From a virus (lineage: Duplodnaviria; Caudoviricetes), in IMG/VR virus record IMGVR_UViG_2862465376_000001, positions 1-64,000 of that record: a stretch of DNA of 64,000 nucleotides, one strand, 5' to 3'. Numbering within the stretch: position 1 is the stretch's first letter; each line of letters begins with the position of its first letter. Below are positions 18,193 through 28,351 of the stretch, one piece after another. The position numbers were made by a program, and so were the translations under genes. Below the pieces are notes generated by a model. The model was given only the letters and a program-made list of their open reading frames with translations, was not told the origin of the DNA and made no database searches.

Positions 18193-19365
18193 ATGGACAC
18201 CTCCGACCTGATGTGGGACGGCGCGACCGCCGACCTCGACGCGGAGCGGCGCGAGCTGGCCCGCACGGCCGCGCTCGCCGACACCGAGCGCCTGGTGGGC
18301 CAGTTCGTCTACCAGGCGGCCAACGACGTCGACCTCCTCAACCGGCTGGCGCTCGCCGACTCGCAGCTGCAGGCCGTGGCCAGTCTCCGGGGCTACCCGC
18401 TCGACGCGCTGACCGACGACCTGACCCGGCGCTGGCGGCTGCTGTCCACCGCGAAGAAGCAGGCCGCGCAGAAGACGGCCGCGCGGCGGACGGTGACGGC
18501 GGCTCAGGAGCGGGGCATGGACGCGGCCGTCGCGCACCTCGCGTCGCTGGCCGCCCGGGACAACCCGAGCGTGCCGATGGCCGAGTGCCTGAAGCTGGCC
18601 ACCGAAGCCGTGCGCAAGCACGCGGACGCCTACCCGCTGGCGTACGAGTCGTGGGGCGGCGCGGCCGACGGGCCGATCACCGACCGGGCCAAGCACTTCA
18701 AGCCCGGCGGGATGCCGAAGGCCCTCCCGGAGAGCGCCGGGCGTCCGGCGGCCGACCCGGGGGCCGCCGGTGGCTCCGGCACCTTCGACGAGGTCAACCG
18801 GCGCCTGGACGACCTGGAGGGCCGGACCAACCCGGCGGCCGCCACGACCACGACGGCGTCCCTGGAGCCGAGCGTGGCGGGCTTCTACCAGCGACTGAAG
18901 GACTGGTGGCGGCACGGGCCCGACGCAGCGCCGAGCACCTTCGCTCCTTCGACGCACCCGGAGCCCCCGGCGCCCTCGCACGAGCTGCTCCACGGCCTCG
19001 ACGACGCGAAGACCGAGATGGACAAGAAGTGGGACGCCAACGCGGCCTCGCCGGGCGCGTCCCCGGAGTACACCACGCAGCACGCGTCGGACGACCTGCT
19101 GCACGGCTTCGACAAGGCGAGGAGCGAGATGAGCGAGAAGTGGGACGCGAACCTGGCCGGGCCGGGCGCCTCCGAGCACTACCGGCCGCCGGTGCCGTCC
19201 GGGTTCTCCCACGCCGACACCGGCCACGGCACCGGCCAGGCGCCGCTGCCGACCGACCCGGCCGGGCACGGCTTCTCCCACGCCGAGCCCGCCCACACCT
19301 CGCGCGAGCGGCAGGACTGGAACATCCCGACCCACTTCCAGCACGGCGCGAGCCTGTTCGAGTAG
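18193..19365 (+). CDS. Putative virion head protein with internal repeats
   Basis: Duplicated LLHGxDxAxxEMxxKWDANxAxPGAS unit and GFSHA repeat. Confidence 0.75.
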   Translation: MDTSDLMWDGATADLDAERRELARTAALADTERLVGQFVYQAANDVDLLNRLALADSQLQAVASLRGYPLDALTDDLTRRWRLLSTAKKQAAQKTAARRTVTAAQERGMDAAVAHLASLAARDNPSVPMAECLKLATEAVRKHADAYPLAYESWGGAADGPITDRAKHFKPGGMPKALPESAGRPAADPGAAGGSGTFDEVNRRLDDLEGRTNPAAATTTTASLEPSVAGFYQRLKDWWRHGPDAAPSTFAPSTHPEPPAPSHELLHGLDDAKTEMDKKWDANAASPGASPEYTTQHASDDLLHGFDKARSEMSEKWDANLAGPGASEHYRPPVPSGFSHADTGHGTGQAPLPTDPAGHGFSHAEPAHTSRERQDWNIPTHFQHGASLFE

Positions 19366-19373
19366 GAGCAGCC

Positions 19374-19592
19374 ATGGACCTGGACCCGAACGTCGGCTGG
19401 GGCGTCCTCCTGGGCGCCGCGTTCGCCTACGAGATGTACGGGGTGTTCAACAAGGTCGAGGGCGACACGCTCTCCGAGCGCACCCGGGACTGGTTCCGCA
19501 CGAAGTCCACGCCGGGCAAGGTCGTCTTCACGGCGGCCTGGCTCGGGCTGACGGCCTGGTTCATCCCGCACATCATCAACGGCGGCGGCTGA
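19374..19592 (+). CDS. Small 2-TM membrane protein
   Basis: AGGAG RBS; GDTLSE motif between two hydrophobic helices. Confidence 0.75.
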   Translation: MDLDPNVGWGVLLGAAFAYEMYGVFNKVEGDTLSERTRDWFRTKSTPGKVVFTAAWLGLTAWFIPHIINGGG

Positions 19593-19620
19593 TAGGCTGG
19601 GTCCCTGCATTGCACCGCAG

Positions 19621-19651
19621 CGCCCCTCCGGACTAGGTAGCGGGAGGGGCG
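19621..19651 (+). terminator. Terminator-like hairpin
   Basis: CGCCCCTCC / GGAGGGGCG followed by TTGT. Confidence 0.55.
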
Positions 19652-19656
19652 TTGTG

Positions 19657-19691
19657 CTGTCCGGGGCCGGGCCTTCGCCTGTAGGGGGTGG
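19657..19691 (+). promoter_or_regulatory. Late-type bipartite promoter motif
   Basis: CTGTC-N20-TAGGGGGTGG. Confidence 0.7.
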
Positions 19692-19702
19692 AGGTGAGCG
19701 GT

Positions 19703-20206
19703 ATGACGCTGCGGCCCGTAGTGGCGCATCAGTCCGGCGATGGGGTCACCATCGCGCACTGCCCGTTCTGCGGTTCGGGTCAGGTCATCGGCCGCTCGGA
19801 CGGCAACACGGAGTGTTCGTTCTGCAACCAGGCGTTCCTCGTGCGGGTGCAGCCGATGTTCTCGGCGTTCCCGCAGTCGGTCGACGGGATGCCGGTGCAG
19901 ATCCCGGGTATGCCGCCTCCGACGGCGCCGGGCCTGCCGCCCGGCGGTGACCCGAACGATCCGAACGCGATGCCGCCGGGCGCGGAGAGCCAGGAGGACA
20001 GCGGGGCACCGCCGTTCGGCCAGGACAGCGCCGGAGGCGACTCGGACTCCGGGGACGGGCCGCCGGACTCCGGCGGTGACGACGACGATCCCGGCGGCGG
20101 GCCGCCGTTCGGGAAGAAGGAGTCCTCCTACCGTGCGGGCGGCCGACAGCTGGTCCGGGGCGCGTACGTCGACTACCTGGCCGGACTCCTGGGAGGCGCG
20201 CGGTGA
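19703..20206 (+). CDS. Zinc-ribbon protein with acidic low-complexity tail
   Basis: CPFC...CSFC; GGAGG RBS. Confidence 0.75.
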   Translation: MTLRPVVAHQSGDGVTIAHCPFCGSGQVIGRSDGNTECSFCNQAFLVRVQPMFSAFPQSVDGMPVQIPGMPPPTAPGLPPGGDPNDPNAMPPGAESQEDSGAPPFGQDSAGGDSDSGDGPPDSGGDDDDPGGGPPFGKKESSYRAGGRQLVRGAYVDYLAGLLGGAR

Positions 20207-20385
20207 GCTGCTCCGTGAAGGCGCTCGTGCAGCTGTCGCTGGACGGGAAGACGTACCAGCCGGGTGAGTGGGTGACGCTGCCCGACGGGCAGCAGGAGCG
20301 GGCCCGGACGCTGGTCGCCTACGGGATGGCCGAGGAGGCCCCGGCCGCGCCGGTGAAGGCTCCTCGGCGACGCAAGGGCTCCTAG
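20203..20385 (+). CDS. Small phage structural-type protein
   Basis: GTGA overlap; DGKTYQPGEWV..A..LV..G.AE pattern. Confidence 0.7.
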   Translation: MSCSVKALVQLSLDGKTYQPGEWVTLPDGQQERARTLVAYGMAEEAPAAPVKAPRRRKGS

Positions 20386-20963
20386 GGCTGGATCCGGTAG
20401 GCGGAGGTCCAGCGCTCCAGTTGTCCGTCCCTGGCCAGCCACCGATCGGTGATCGCGGGCCAGCCTCCTGCCTTCTGGGCTGCGCTGTGGAGGATGGAGG
20501 CCAGGCCGTCGGCGAGTTCGACCTGGACGGGGCCGGTGGTCCACTTGTAGAGCAGGGCCTGTGCCACCTCCAGGGCCTCCTCGTCCACGCGGGACGTGCT
20601 GATGTCCTCGCCCTTCCAGATGATGCTCCTCAGCAGCGCTGCCTCCCACGAGCCGGGGCGCCCCGCCGTGAAGACGGCAGTGGTGGCGCCGTCGTCCATC
20701 AGATTGCGGGCGGTGCGGTAGAGGGCGACGAGGAGTGTGGCGAAGCCCTTCTTGCCCGCCTTCGCGATCGCCTCGGAGAGCGCCTGGGAGTCCTCTGAGG
20801 TCATGGCTCCCACTGGGCGCAGCGGTCCGCGCTGCTCTTCCAGTTCCTGCCGGGTCAGCTGGCCCAGGCCGACGTCGGGGTACGTCGTGTAGGTGCCGCC
20901 GGGTCCGTTGCGGATCCAGCCTTCGCCCTCGCGGTCGGCGCATCGGTAGAAGTCGTCTGCCAT
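20382..20963 (-). CDS. Hypothetical moron-like protein
   Basis: MADDFYRC... on opposite strand between late operons. Confidence 0.7.
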   Translation of the reverse strand: MADDFYRCADREGEGWIRNGPGGTYTTYPDVGLGQLTRQELEEQRGPLRPVGAMTSEDSQALSEAIAKAGKKGFATLLVALYRTARNLMDDGATTAVFTAGRPGSWEAALLRSIIWKGEDISTSRVDEEALEVAQALLYKWTTGPVQVELADGLASILHSAAQKAGGWPAITDRWLARDGQLERWTSAYRIQP

Positions 20964-20988
20964 GCCCTCATCGTTCCACGTCCGCGCC

Positions 20989-21023
20989 CTGTCTGCGGCG
21001 GTTCCCCCGGGCCCAAGGGGTGA
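20989..21023 (+). promoter_or_regulatory. Late-type bipartite promoter motif
   Basis: CTGTC-N20-CAAGGGGTGA. Confidence 0.8.
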
Positions 21024-21041
21024 GCCACCACAGGAGGACCC

Positions 21042-23198
21042 ATGGCCCAGAAGCCCCGCCCGGCGCAGCCGAAGAACTTCGATGCCGAGCAGTCGCGGAT
21101 CGACCGGCTGTTCCGCCGCTTCTCCTCCTCGCCCGGGGAGTCGGGCGAGGAAGCCGAGATGCGGAAGAACCGGCGGGTCAGCCGGAAGGTGGCGGCCGGG
21201 GGCGGCGGAGGGGTGGGCTCGAACCCGTCGGTGTCTTTTGCGACGGTTCGCCCGCGTGATCCGCTTTTTTACTGGAGACAGAACAACCTCCCGTTCCAGT
21301 TCGACGACCCGGAGCAGATGGCGAAGATGCGGGCGTACTGCCGCCTGCTGTACATCAGCCATCCGATCGTCGGCTCGTGCGTCGACATCTACTCGAAGTA
21401 CCCGCTGCTCGGGCTGAAGATGTCGTGCAAGGACGACCGGCTCACGGAGTTCTACACCGACCACTTCCTCTCGAAGGACGGCCTGGACTACCGCAAGTTC
21501 CTCATCGACCTGGGCCGGGAGTACTGGACGGTCGGCGAGGCGTGGCCGCTGGGCACCTTCAACGAGGACCTCGGCGTCTGGGACGACGAGGAGCTGCTGA
21601 ACCCCGACGACGTCGAGGTCCAGCCGTCCCCGTTCCTGCGCGAGCCCCGGTTCCTGATCCGGCTCCCGAGCACGATGCGCGAGCTGATCCGCACTCGGCA
21701 GCCCGCCTGGGAGTACGAGAAGCTCGTCCAGGCCTACCCGGAGCTGACGTACTACGCCGACGACAACGCGCGGATGCCGGTGTCGAACACCCTGCTGCGG
21801 CAGATGAAGTTCGAGGCCGACACGTTCAACAAGCGGGGCGTTCCGCTCCTGTACCGGGCGATGCGTTCACTCATGCAGGAGGAGATGCTGAACGCGGCGG
21901 TCGACTCGATCGCCGACCGCCTGTACACGCCGCTGATCCATGCCAAGCTCGGCGCGTCCGCCGCCGACCTGGGCACGCAGGTGCCGTGGATCCCGACACT
22001 CGACGACCTCGCGGACTTCGAGGAGGCCGTGGACGCGGCCCTCGCAGGTGACTTCCGGATCATCATGACCCACTTCGCGGTCGAGATGGAGTCCGTGCTG
22101 GGCAAGGAGGACATCCCCGACCTCAGCCCGGACTTCGAGCGGATCGAGGGCCGGGTCCTGCAGACGTTCGGCCTGTCCAAGACCATGCTCGCCGGTGCGT
22201 CCTCCGGTGAGACGTACGCGGCCGACGCCCTCAACCGCGACCTCGTCACGCAGATGCTGACGAACTACCAGGAGATGATCTCTGCTCACTACCGGGAGCG
22301 GGCGCTGGTCGTCGCCGAGGCGCAGGAGCACTTCGACTACGAGGAGCGCGGCGGCAAGCGGTACGTGAAGATGGAGGAGGTCTACGAGATAGACGAAGAG
22401 TCCGGTGAGGGCCGGATCGTCGAGCAGCCCAAGCTCCTCATCCCGGACCTGAAATTCCGGACGATGTCGCTGCAGGACGAGGCGGCGCAGAACGAGTTCT
22501 TCGAGGCCCTGCGCGAGGCCGGGGTGCCGATCTCGATGAAGACGCGCCTGCACAACGTGGCGATCGACTTCGACGACGAGATCGAGAAGTCCCGCGAGGA
22601 GGCCGTCGAGCTGGCGGTCCAGGAGCAGGAGACCCGCAAGGCCATCTACGTCGCCCTCAGGGACAAGGGTCTGCCGATCCCGGACGACCTGAAGAAGGAC
22701 TTCGAGGCGCGCGCGCTGCCGGAGGCCCAGGACCCGAACCAGGTGCCGACCGCGCCGCTGCGGATCCCGCTGCTGGGCATGGACCCGGTCACCTCCCAGC
22801 CGACGCTCGCGCCGACCATGCAGGACCTGCAGAGCACCCCGGCCAACGGCGGCGTCGTCGAGCCGGGCAGCGTGCCGGAGCCGGTCGACGCCGACGGCCA
22901 GCGCCCGCCGGAGTCGGACGAGCAGCGCGAGGACATGCCCAAGCAGTCCTCGCTGTCGCCGTACGCGCAGCGGCCCGCGCCGGACGAGCCGACGGGCCTG
23001 TTCCAGCGGCACGAGCGGATCCGGTCGCTGGCCAACGCGCACAAGCCCAAGGTCCTGGTGCCCGTGGCCGAGGAGGACGCGGAGATCCCGGAGGCGATCC
23101 AGCGCAAGGAGGCCGTCGGCCTCTACCAGGGGCCCCGGCACCTGGGCATGCGCCGCCACCTTCAGGAGGAAGAGATCAACGAGGAGCTGCAGGTATGA
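21042..23198 (+). CDS. Portal protein
   Basis: Helical protein with HPIVGSCVDIYSKYPL, RGVPLLYRAM, RVLQTFGL segments typical of portals; head-module position. Confidence 0.8.
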   Translation: MAQKPRPAQPKNFDAEQSRIDRLFRRFSSSPGESGEEAEMRKNRRVSRKVAAGGGGGVGSNPSVSFATVRPRDPLFYWRQNNLPFQFDDPEQMAKMRAYCRLLYISHPIVGSCVDIYSKYPLLGLKMSCKDDRLTEFYTDHFLSKDGLDYRKFLIDLGREYWTVGEAWPLGTFNEDLGVWDDEELLNPDDVEVQPSPFLREPRFLIRLPSTMRELIRTRQPAWEYEKLVQAYPELTYYADDNARMPVSNTLLRQMKFEADTFNKRGVPLLYRAMRSLMQEEMLNAAVDSIADRLYTPLIHAKLGASAADLGTQVPWIPTLDDLADFEEAVDAALAGDFRIIMTHFAVEMESVLGKEDIPDLSPDFERIEGRVLQTFGLSKTMLAGASSGETYAADALNRDLVTQMLTNYQEMISAHYRERALVVAEAQEHFDYEERGGKRYVKMEEVYEIDEESGEGRIVEQPKLLIPDLKFRTMSLQDEAAQNEFFEALREAGVPISMKTRLHNVAIDFDDEIEKSREEAVELAVQEQETRKAIYVALRDKGLPIPDDLKKDFEARALPEAQDPNQVPTAPLRIPLLGMDPVTSQPTLAPTMQDLQSTPANGGVVEPGSVPEPVDADGQRPPESDEQREDMPKQSSLSPYAQRPAPDEPTGLFQRHERIRSLANAHKPKVLVPVAEEDAEIPEAIQRKEAVGLYQGPRHLGMRRHLQEEEINEELQV

Positions 23199-26100
23199 CG
23201 TTCACCCTGGTTCCGGTCACCCGGACCTACCTCGACGACGCGGGCCTGCCCCGCGCAGGGACGGTCCGGCTGCAGCTCGTCGGCGTGCTGTTCAACGGCA
23301 GCGAGACCGCCGACCGCAAGCCGTACACCGCGACGCTGGACGCGTCCGGCTCCGTGTCGCTGACCGTCCCGGCCACCAACGACCCGGACACGCTGCCTGC
23401 GGGCGGCGGCACGTACGAGGTGACGGAGACCCTGTCGGGTCTGGCGACCTCGACGTACTTCGTCGCGGTACCCTTCGACGCCGGGCCCGTCGACCTGGCC
23501 ACCGCACCCCGGCTGGCCGAAGCGGTCGCGCCGGGCACGTTCTTCCAGCCGGTCAACCAGCGCAACCTGCCCAACGGGTACGCGGGCCTGGACGGCTCCG
23601 GCCGCGTCTCCTACGAGCAGCTGCCCACCGACGTCGGCTCCGGCGGTGAAGGCGGCGGCGCCACCCCGATCAGCGGCGACGACACGGACATCCAGGCCCT
23701 GGGCACCCGGGCGGCCGGGGCCAGCGGCAAGGCCGCCGACGCCCGGCACGTCCACGCCATGCCCGCGCTGAACGAGGTCCGCAAGCCGACGGCCGACGTC
23801 GACCTGAGCGGCAAGCGGATCACGAACGCCGCGAACGGCGTCAACGCGCAGGACTACGCCACCGTCGCCCAGATCGCCCAGTCCGGACTGGGCTGGCTCA
23901 ACGTCAGGAACGCCCCGTACGGCGCCAAGGGCGACGGCCTCACAGACGACTGGGCCGCGATCCAGGGCGCCATCGACGCGGCCCCCGACGGCGGCATCGT
24001 CTACATCCCGGAGGGCACCTACCGGATCTCGCAGACGCTGGCCCCGCGCCCAGGCGTCACGGTGCGCGGCCCCCGCGCGAACATGATGGCCGCCACCGGA
24101 CTGACCGACCCGCGCTGCTACATCCAGCCGACCGACGACTTCACCGGCACCGCGCTCATCACGCTGAAGGACAAGGCCTCCGGCGGCTACCCGGACCTCC
24201 CGGCCGAGCACCGCATCGAGAACCTGATGCTGGACGCCTCCAACCTGGACGGCACCAAGCCGGTCGACGGCATCTACGCGGCCGGGAACATCCAGAACGT
24301 CGTCATGGAGCGGGTCACCCTGCGCCGGATGAGCAACAACGGGCTGGTCACCGGCGGCATCGCCAACGTCTTCCCGTACAGCTGGCGCCTGTACAACGTC
24401 ATGATCGACAACTGCCGGGCCAACGGCATCCTCTTCAACCGGCTGACCGACCTGACCATGGACGACGTCCAGGTCATCGGCTCCTGGGGCCACGGCATGG
24501 TCCTGGAGAACATCGCCAACAGCCAGATGAGCCTGTGCCGCTCCGAGTGGAACGGCAACTACGGCATCCGCATCACCGGCGCGTGGGGCAACGGCACCGG
24601 CTCCGGCGGCATGCAGATGGCCAACTGCAGCACCGACCGCAACGGCTACCACGGCGTCATGATCGACGCCACCGGCAACGCCCCGATCAGCATCACCAAC
24701 CTCAGCACCCGCCGTGACGGCCGCAACGGCGGCACGGGCGGCGGCGGGTACGCGGGCCTGGCGATCGTCAACTGCACCATGCCGGTCCTCGCCAACACGA
24801 TCGCCTGCTACCCCGGGGTCGACGACGACGGCACCAGCGTCAACTCCCCGCAGTACGGCGTCTACGTCTCCGGTTCCTCCAGCGTCCAGCTCGACGGCAT
24901 GCACCTGCACGCCGCGACCGAGGGACTCCACGACGACGGCACCAATGCGATCCTGTCCGTCGGCCCGACCCTGGTCACCAACACCGGCGCGACGACGTCC
25001 ACGGCCCGCACCGTCGACTCCCGCTACGCCGCCGCGCTGCGCCTCACCGGCGCCCCCGGCGTCACCTACGTCGCCTCCGCGCAGGCCGAGCCCGAAGAGC
25101 AGGCCCGCGCGGACTACGTCTGCGACGGCACCGCCGACGACGTGCAGATCCAGGCCGCCCTGGACGCCGTCCTCGCGGCCGGGCGCGGCGAGGTCCTGCT
25201 GTCGGCCGGAACGTTCAACCTGGCCGCCCCCGTCCGCGTCGAGGGCAGCGACGACGTGGACGCCGAGGCCGACGTCCGGCTGCGCGGCATGGGCCCGCGC
25301 AACACCACCCTCGCGGTCGGCACCGGCGTCGCCTCCGGCCTGAGCCTGGGCAAGGTCGTGCGCACGCACATCTCCGACCTCGGACTGACCGTGAAGGGCG
25401 CCAGCCACGGCATCGCCTCCGCGACGACCAACGGCCCCGACTCCGGCCACCGCAGCTTCTGGCACTCCACCTTCAAGAATCTCCAGGTCACCGGACCGTG
25501 GAACGGCACCCACACCGGCTGGGCACTGCACCTGGGCTCCCCCTTCCGGTCCGTCTTCGAAAACGTGGAGATCGGCGGCGTCGGCAGCGGCATCCGCCAG
25601 TTCTCCGAGCACGCCGACTTCAACCCCGGCGACTGCCAGTGGACCCGCGTCTTCATCGAACTCGTCGGTGACAACGGCTGCGCCTACGAGGTCGACTCGC
25701 CCGTCTCCGGAGGTTCGATGAACCAGATCGAATTCTCCATGGTCGAGGCCATCGCCAACGGCACCGGCTGCACCGGCATCCGCCTCAAGGGCGTCTCCCA
25801 GGTCGCGCACTGCCACTTCCGTGGCGTGAACCTGGAGCAGTTCGACAAGCTCCTCGACGTCGCCAACGGCGTCTCCAACACCTTCCGCTTCAACTACATC
25901 GAGCTGCGCGCCGAGACCCCCGGGCTGACCGCGTTCACCTTCGGCGCGACCTCGTACAACAACGCGGTCCTGAGCACCGGCATGCTGTACGCGTCGGCGT
26001 CCTGCCGCCTGTACGCCGACGGCAACACCTCCCAGCCCGGCCAGCCCAACCGCGTCGAGGGCGCCCGGGTCTACGCCGTCCCCGGCGCCGTGGTCACCGG

Positions 26101-27319
26101 CAGCGAGAACCCGGCCTACACCACCGTGCGCCGGGCGATCGGCGGGACGGCCGGTGTGGGCACCCCGCCCGCGCGCGGGATCTACGTCCCGGACGGCTGG
26201 GGGCAGTTCTGGCGGGCCAAGCGGAACGCCGCCGCTTCCGGCGGCAAGGCCCGCGTCGTCGTCGTCGGCGGCACCACCGCCCAGGGCTACTACGCGTCCA
26301 ACCTGGCCACCGGCGGCTGGGTCGGCGCCATGCGGACGTCCCTGCAGGCCCGGTACGGCAACGGCGGCTCCGGCATGTTTTCCTCGTCCCGGTCGGCCGT
26401 GAAGCTGAACGGCGCCGGAGAGGCGGCGGCCGTGGCCGCGTGGACGACCGCCGGGTGCCTGGCCTCGACCACCGGCACCTGGACGCTGGGCGGCAACCCG
26501 ACCGGGCCGGGCTTCACCTACATCTACTCGGACGCCGCTGCCTCGGTCACCTTCAAGGTCACCGGCACCACCGTGAAGATCTACACCGTGTCCGGCAGCA
26601 CCCCCCGGGTCGGCTACTCCTACACCATCGACGGCGGCGCGCCGGTGGCCGTCGCCGACAGCGGCATCTCGACCACGAACATCCAGGTCACCACCGTCAC
26701 CGGCCTGGCCAGCGCCGAGCACACCGTCACCGTCAGCCGGGACGCCACGGCGGGCACCCTGAGCGTGTGCGGCGTGGCGGGCGAGAACACCTCCGGCATC
26801 GTCGTCGACAACAACGCCCGGGGCGGTGCCGGATCCGGGAACTTCGTCACCGGTGCCGTCACCGGCGCCAGCACCGCGCTGGGCGCCGGGTGGAACGGCG
26901 GCGAGTCCAACCCGTGCGACCTGCTCGTCTACACGGTCAGCCCGAGCGACGCCGCCGCGAACATCACGGCCGACGCCTGGTCGGCGAACGTCGCCAAGTA
27001 CCTGAAGGCCGTCAAGGACACCGGCGCACAGGCCGGGGACACGGACGTCCTGATCGTGCTGCCCCACCTGGGCACGCTCGACGTGACGAACTTCGTCTAC
27101 CAGGAGTATGCCAACCGGGCCCGTGCCCTCGCCGACACCTACGGCGCGGCCGTGATCAACCTGTGGGCGCTCGGCAGGAACTCCTGGAAGTACTGGGACG
27201 GCCTCGGCTACTGGGGCGACGTGAACGCTGTCGGAGCCGGTGGCCACGACGTCGTCAACCTCAGCAACGCCGGACACGCTCTCGTTGCAGGGCACGTCCT
27301 GTCCGTCGTCGACTCCTGA
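23195..27319 (+). CDS. Tailspike/fibre: two pectate-lyase-like beta-helices plus C-terminal SGNH-like domain
   Basis: NVRNAPYGAKGDGLTDDWAAIQ; second ADYVCDGTADDVQIQAAL; SGNH-like blocks near C-terminus. Confidence 0.8.
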   Translation: MTFTLVPVTRTYLDDAGLPRAGTVRLQLVGVLFNGSETADRKPYTATLDASGSVSLTVPATNDPDTLPAGGGTYEVTETLSGLATSTYFVAVPFDAGPVDLATAPRLAEAVAPGTFFQPVNQRNLPNGYAGLDGSGRVSYEQLPTDVGSGGEGGGATPISGDDTDIQALGTRAAGASGKAADARHVHAMPALNEVRKPTADVDLSGKRITNAANGVNAQDYATVAQIAQSGLGWLNVRNAPYGAKGDGLTDDWAAIQGAIDAAPDGGIVYIPEGTYRISQTLAPRPGVTVRGPRANMMAATGLTDPRCYIQPTDDFTGTALITLKDKASGGYPDLPAEHRIENLMLDASNLDGTKPVDGIYAAGNIQNVVMERVTLRRMSNNGLVTGGIANVFPYSWRLYNVMIDNCRANGILFNRLTDLTMDDVQVIGSWGHGMVLENIANSQMSLCRSEWNGNYGIRITGAWGNGTGSGGMQMANCSTDRNGYHGVMIDATGNAPISITNLSTRRDGRNGGTGGGGYAGLAIVNCTMPVLANTIACYPGVDDDGTSVNSPQYGVYVSGSSSVQLDGMHLHAATEGLHDDGTNAILSVGPTLVTNTGATTSTARTVDSRYAAALRLTGAPGVTYVASAQAEPEEQARADYVCDGTADDVQIQAALDAVLAAGRGEVLLSAGTFNLAAPVRVEGSDDVDAEADVRLRGMGPRNTTLAVGTGVASGLSLGKVVRTHISDLGLTVKGASHGIASATTNGPDSGHRSFWHSTFKNLQVTGPWNGTHTGWALHLGSPFRSVFENVEIGGVGSGIRQFSEHADFNPGDCQWTRVFIELVGDNGCAYEVDSPVSGGSMNQIEFSMVEAIANGTGCTGIRLKGVSQVAHCHFRGVNLEQFDKLLDVANGVSNTFRFNYIELRAETPGLTAFTFGATSYNNAVLSTGMLYASASCRLYADGNTSQPGQPNRVEGARVYAVPGAVVTGSENPAYTTVRRAIGGTAGVGTPPARGIYVPDGWGQFWRAKRNAAASGGKARVVVVGGTTAQGYYASNLATGGWVGAMRTSLQARYGNGGSGMFSSSRSAVKLNGAGEAAAVAAWTTAGCLASTTGTWTLGGNPTGPGFTYIYSDAAASVTFKVTGTTVKIYTVSGSTPRVGYSYTIDGGAPVAVADSGISTTNIQVTTVTGLASAEHTVTVSRDATAGTLSVCGVAGENTSGIVVDNNARGGAGSGNFVTGAVTGASTALGAGWNGGESNPCDLLVYTVSPSDAAANITADAWSANVAKYLKAVKDTGAQAGDTDVLIVLPHLGTLDVTNFVYQEYANRARALADTYGAAVINLWALGRNSWKYWDGLGYWGDVNAVGAGGHDVVNLSNAGHALVAGHVLSVVDS

Positions 27320-27324
27320 CCCTG

Positions 27325-27359
27325 CTGTCGGCACGTCTTTGACCCTCCCCAAGGGGTGA
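27325..27359 (+). promoter_or_regulatory. Late-type bipartite promoter motif
   Basis: CTGTC-N20-CAAGGGGTGA. Confidence 0.8.
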
Positions 27360-27385
27360 GAATTCCGACCCCTGGGGAGGGACCC

Positions 27386-28237
27386 ATGACTACGCCCGAC
27401 TGGCGCCGCCTGACCGACATCGTGATGGCCGTGCCCGAGAAGGTCTACGAGGGCTACAACTCCCACGTCGGCTACAACAACCTGACGATCTTCGGCAAGC
27501 AGTACGGCTGGGACGGCGTCGCCTGGTGCGTCATGTTCGACTGGTGCATGTACGACGACGCCGGGCTGGAGAAGATCGTCCCCAAGGTCGCCTCCGTCTC
27601 CGTCTTCACCGAGTGGGCGAAGAAGCACGGCCAGTGGTCCGAGTACCCCTCGGTCGGCTCCTGGGTGAACTTCTCCAACGGCGGCCACACCGAGCTGGTC
27701 GTCGGCTTCGACGAGACGTACGTCTACACCAAGGGCGGCAACTCGATCAAGGCCGGGGCCACCGACAGCGGCCAGGGCAACGGCGTGTGGCAGCACAAGA
27801 CCGAGCGGCGGGCCGCCAAGGTCGTCGGCTACTTCGCGCCCCACTTCCCGGACGGTGTATGCCCGCCCACGGCCGACCCGAAGGACCCGCGCGGAGGCAA
27901 GGCCGTCAAGTCCTGGCGGTACAGCAAGCCGACCACGGCCGCCCCGTCCACCGGCCCGGCCGACAAGCCGAAGTGCCCGCCCTTCCCCGGCCGCTCGTAC
28001 TTCCTGCTCGGCGCGAAGAACAAGTACGCCAAGCAGCTGCAGACCTGGCTCCACAAGGGCAACTGGGGCCCGAAGTACAAGGTCGGCCCGTCGGAGACCA
28101 TGACCCAGATGGACTTCGACAAGGTCAAGGCTCTGCAGCGGCACTACCTCTCGGCGCTCGGCCCGGCCGACGGCCTCACCGGCCCGAAGACCTGGCAGTA
28201 CGCCTTCGAAGTCGCCAACGGTCTGCGCAAGAAGTAG
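27386..28237 (+). CDS. Endolysin (CHAP domain plus C-terminal peptidoglycan-binding domain)
   Basis: AWCVMF (Cys), GGHTELV (His), GGN; ADGLTGPKTW. Confidence 0.85.
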   Translation: MTTPDWRRLTDIVMAVPEKVYEGYNSHVGYNNLTIFGKQYGWDGVAWCVMFDWCMYDDAGLEKIVPKVASVSVFTEWAKKHGQWSEYPSVGSWVNFSNGGHTELVVGFDETYVYTKGGNSIKAGATDSGQGNGVWQHKTERRAAKVVGYFAPHFPDGVCPPTADPKDPRGGKAVKSWRYSKPTTAAPSTGPADKPKCPPFPGRSYFLLGAKNKYAKQLQTWLHKGNWGPKYKVGPSETMTQMDFDKVKALQRHYLSALGPADGLTGPKTWQYAFEVANGLRKK

Positions 28238-28247
28238 CACCCTGAGT

Positions 28248-28284
28248 GAAGGCCCGGATTGTGATCTCCACGATCCGGGCCTTC
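28248..28284 (+). terminator. Terminator-like hairpin
   Basis: GAAGGCCCGGAT / ATCCGGGCCTTC. Confidence 0.65.
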
Positions 28285-28287
28285 GCC

Positions 28288-28323
28288 CTGTCTGGCATGT
28301 GCGCGCCCGCTGCCAAGAGGTGA
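28288..28323 (+). promoter_or_regulatory. Late-type bipartite promoter motif
   Basis: CTGTC-N21-CAAGAGGTGA. Confidence 0.7.
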
Positions 28324-28351
28324 AGACCACCCCCACCTAGGAGTTACGCGC

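Noticed and set aside
23162-28336. 1724-aa minus-strand ORF and other long antisense ORFs (e.g. 35437-38487, 56195-58702, 59725-62145)
   Set aside because: Shadow ORFs of high-GC3 plus-strand genes; V/G/R/A-rich with no motifs or RBS
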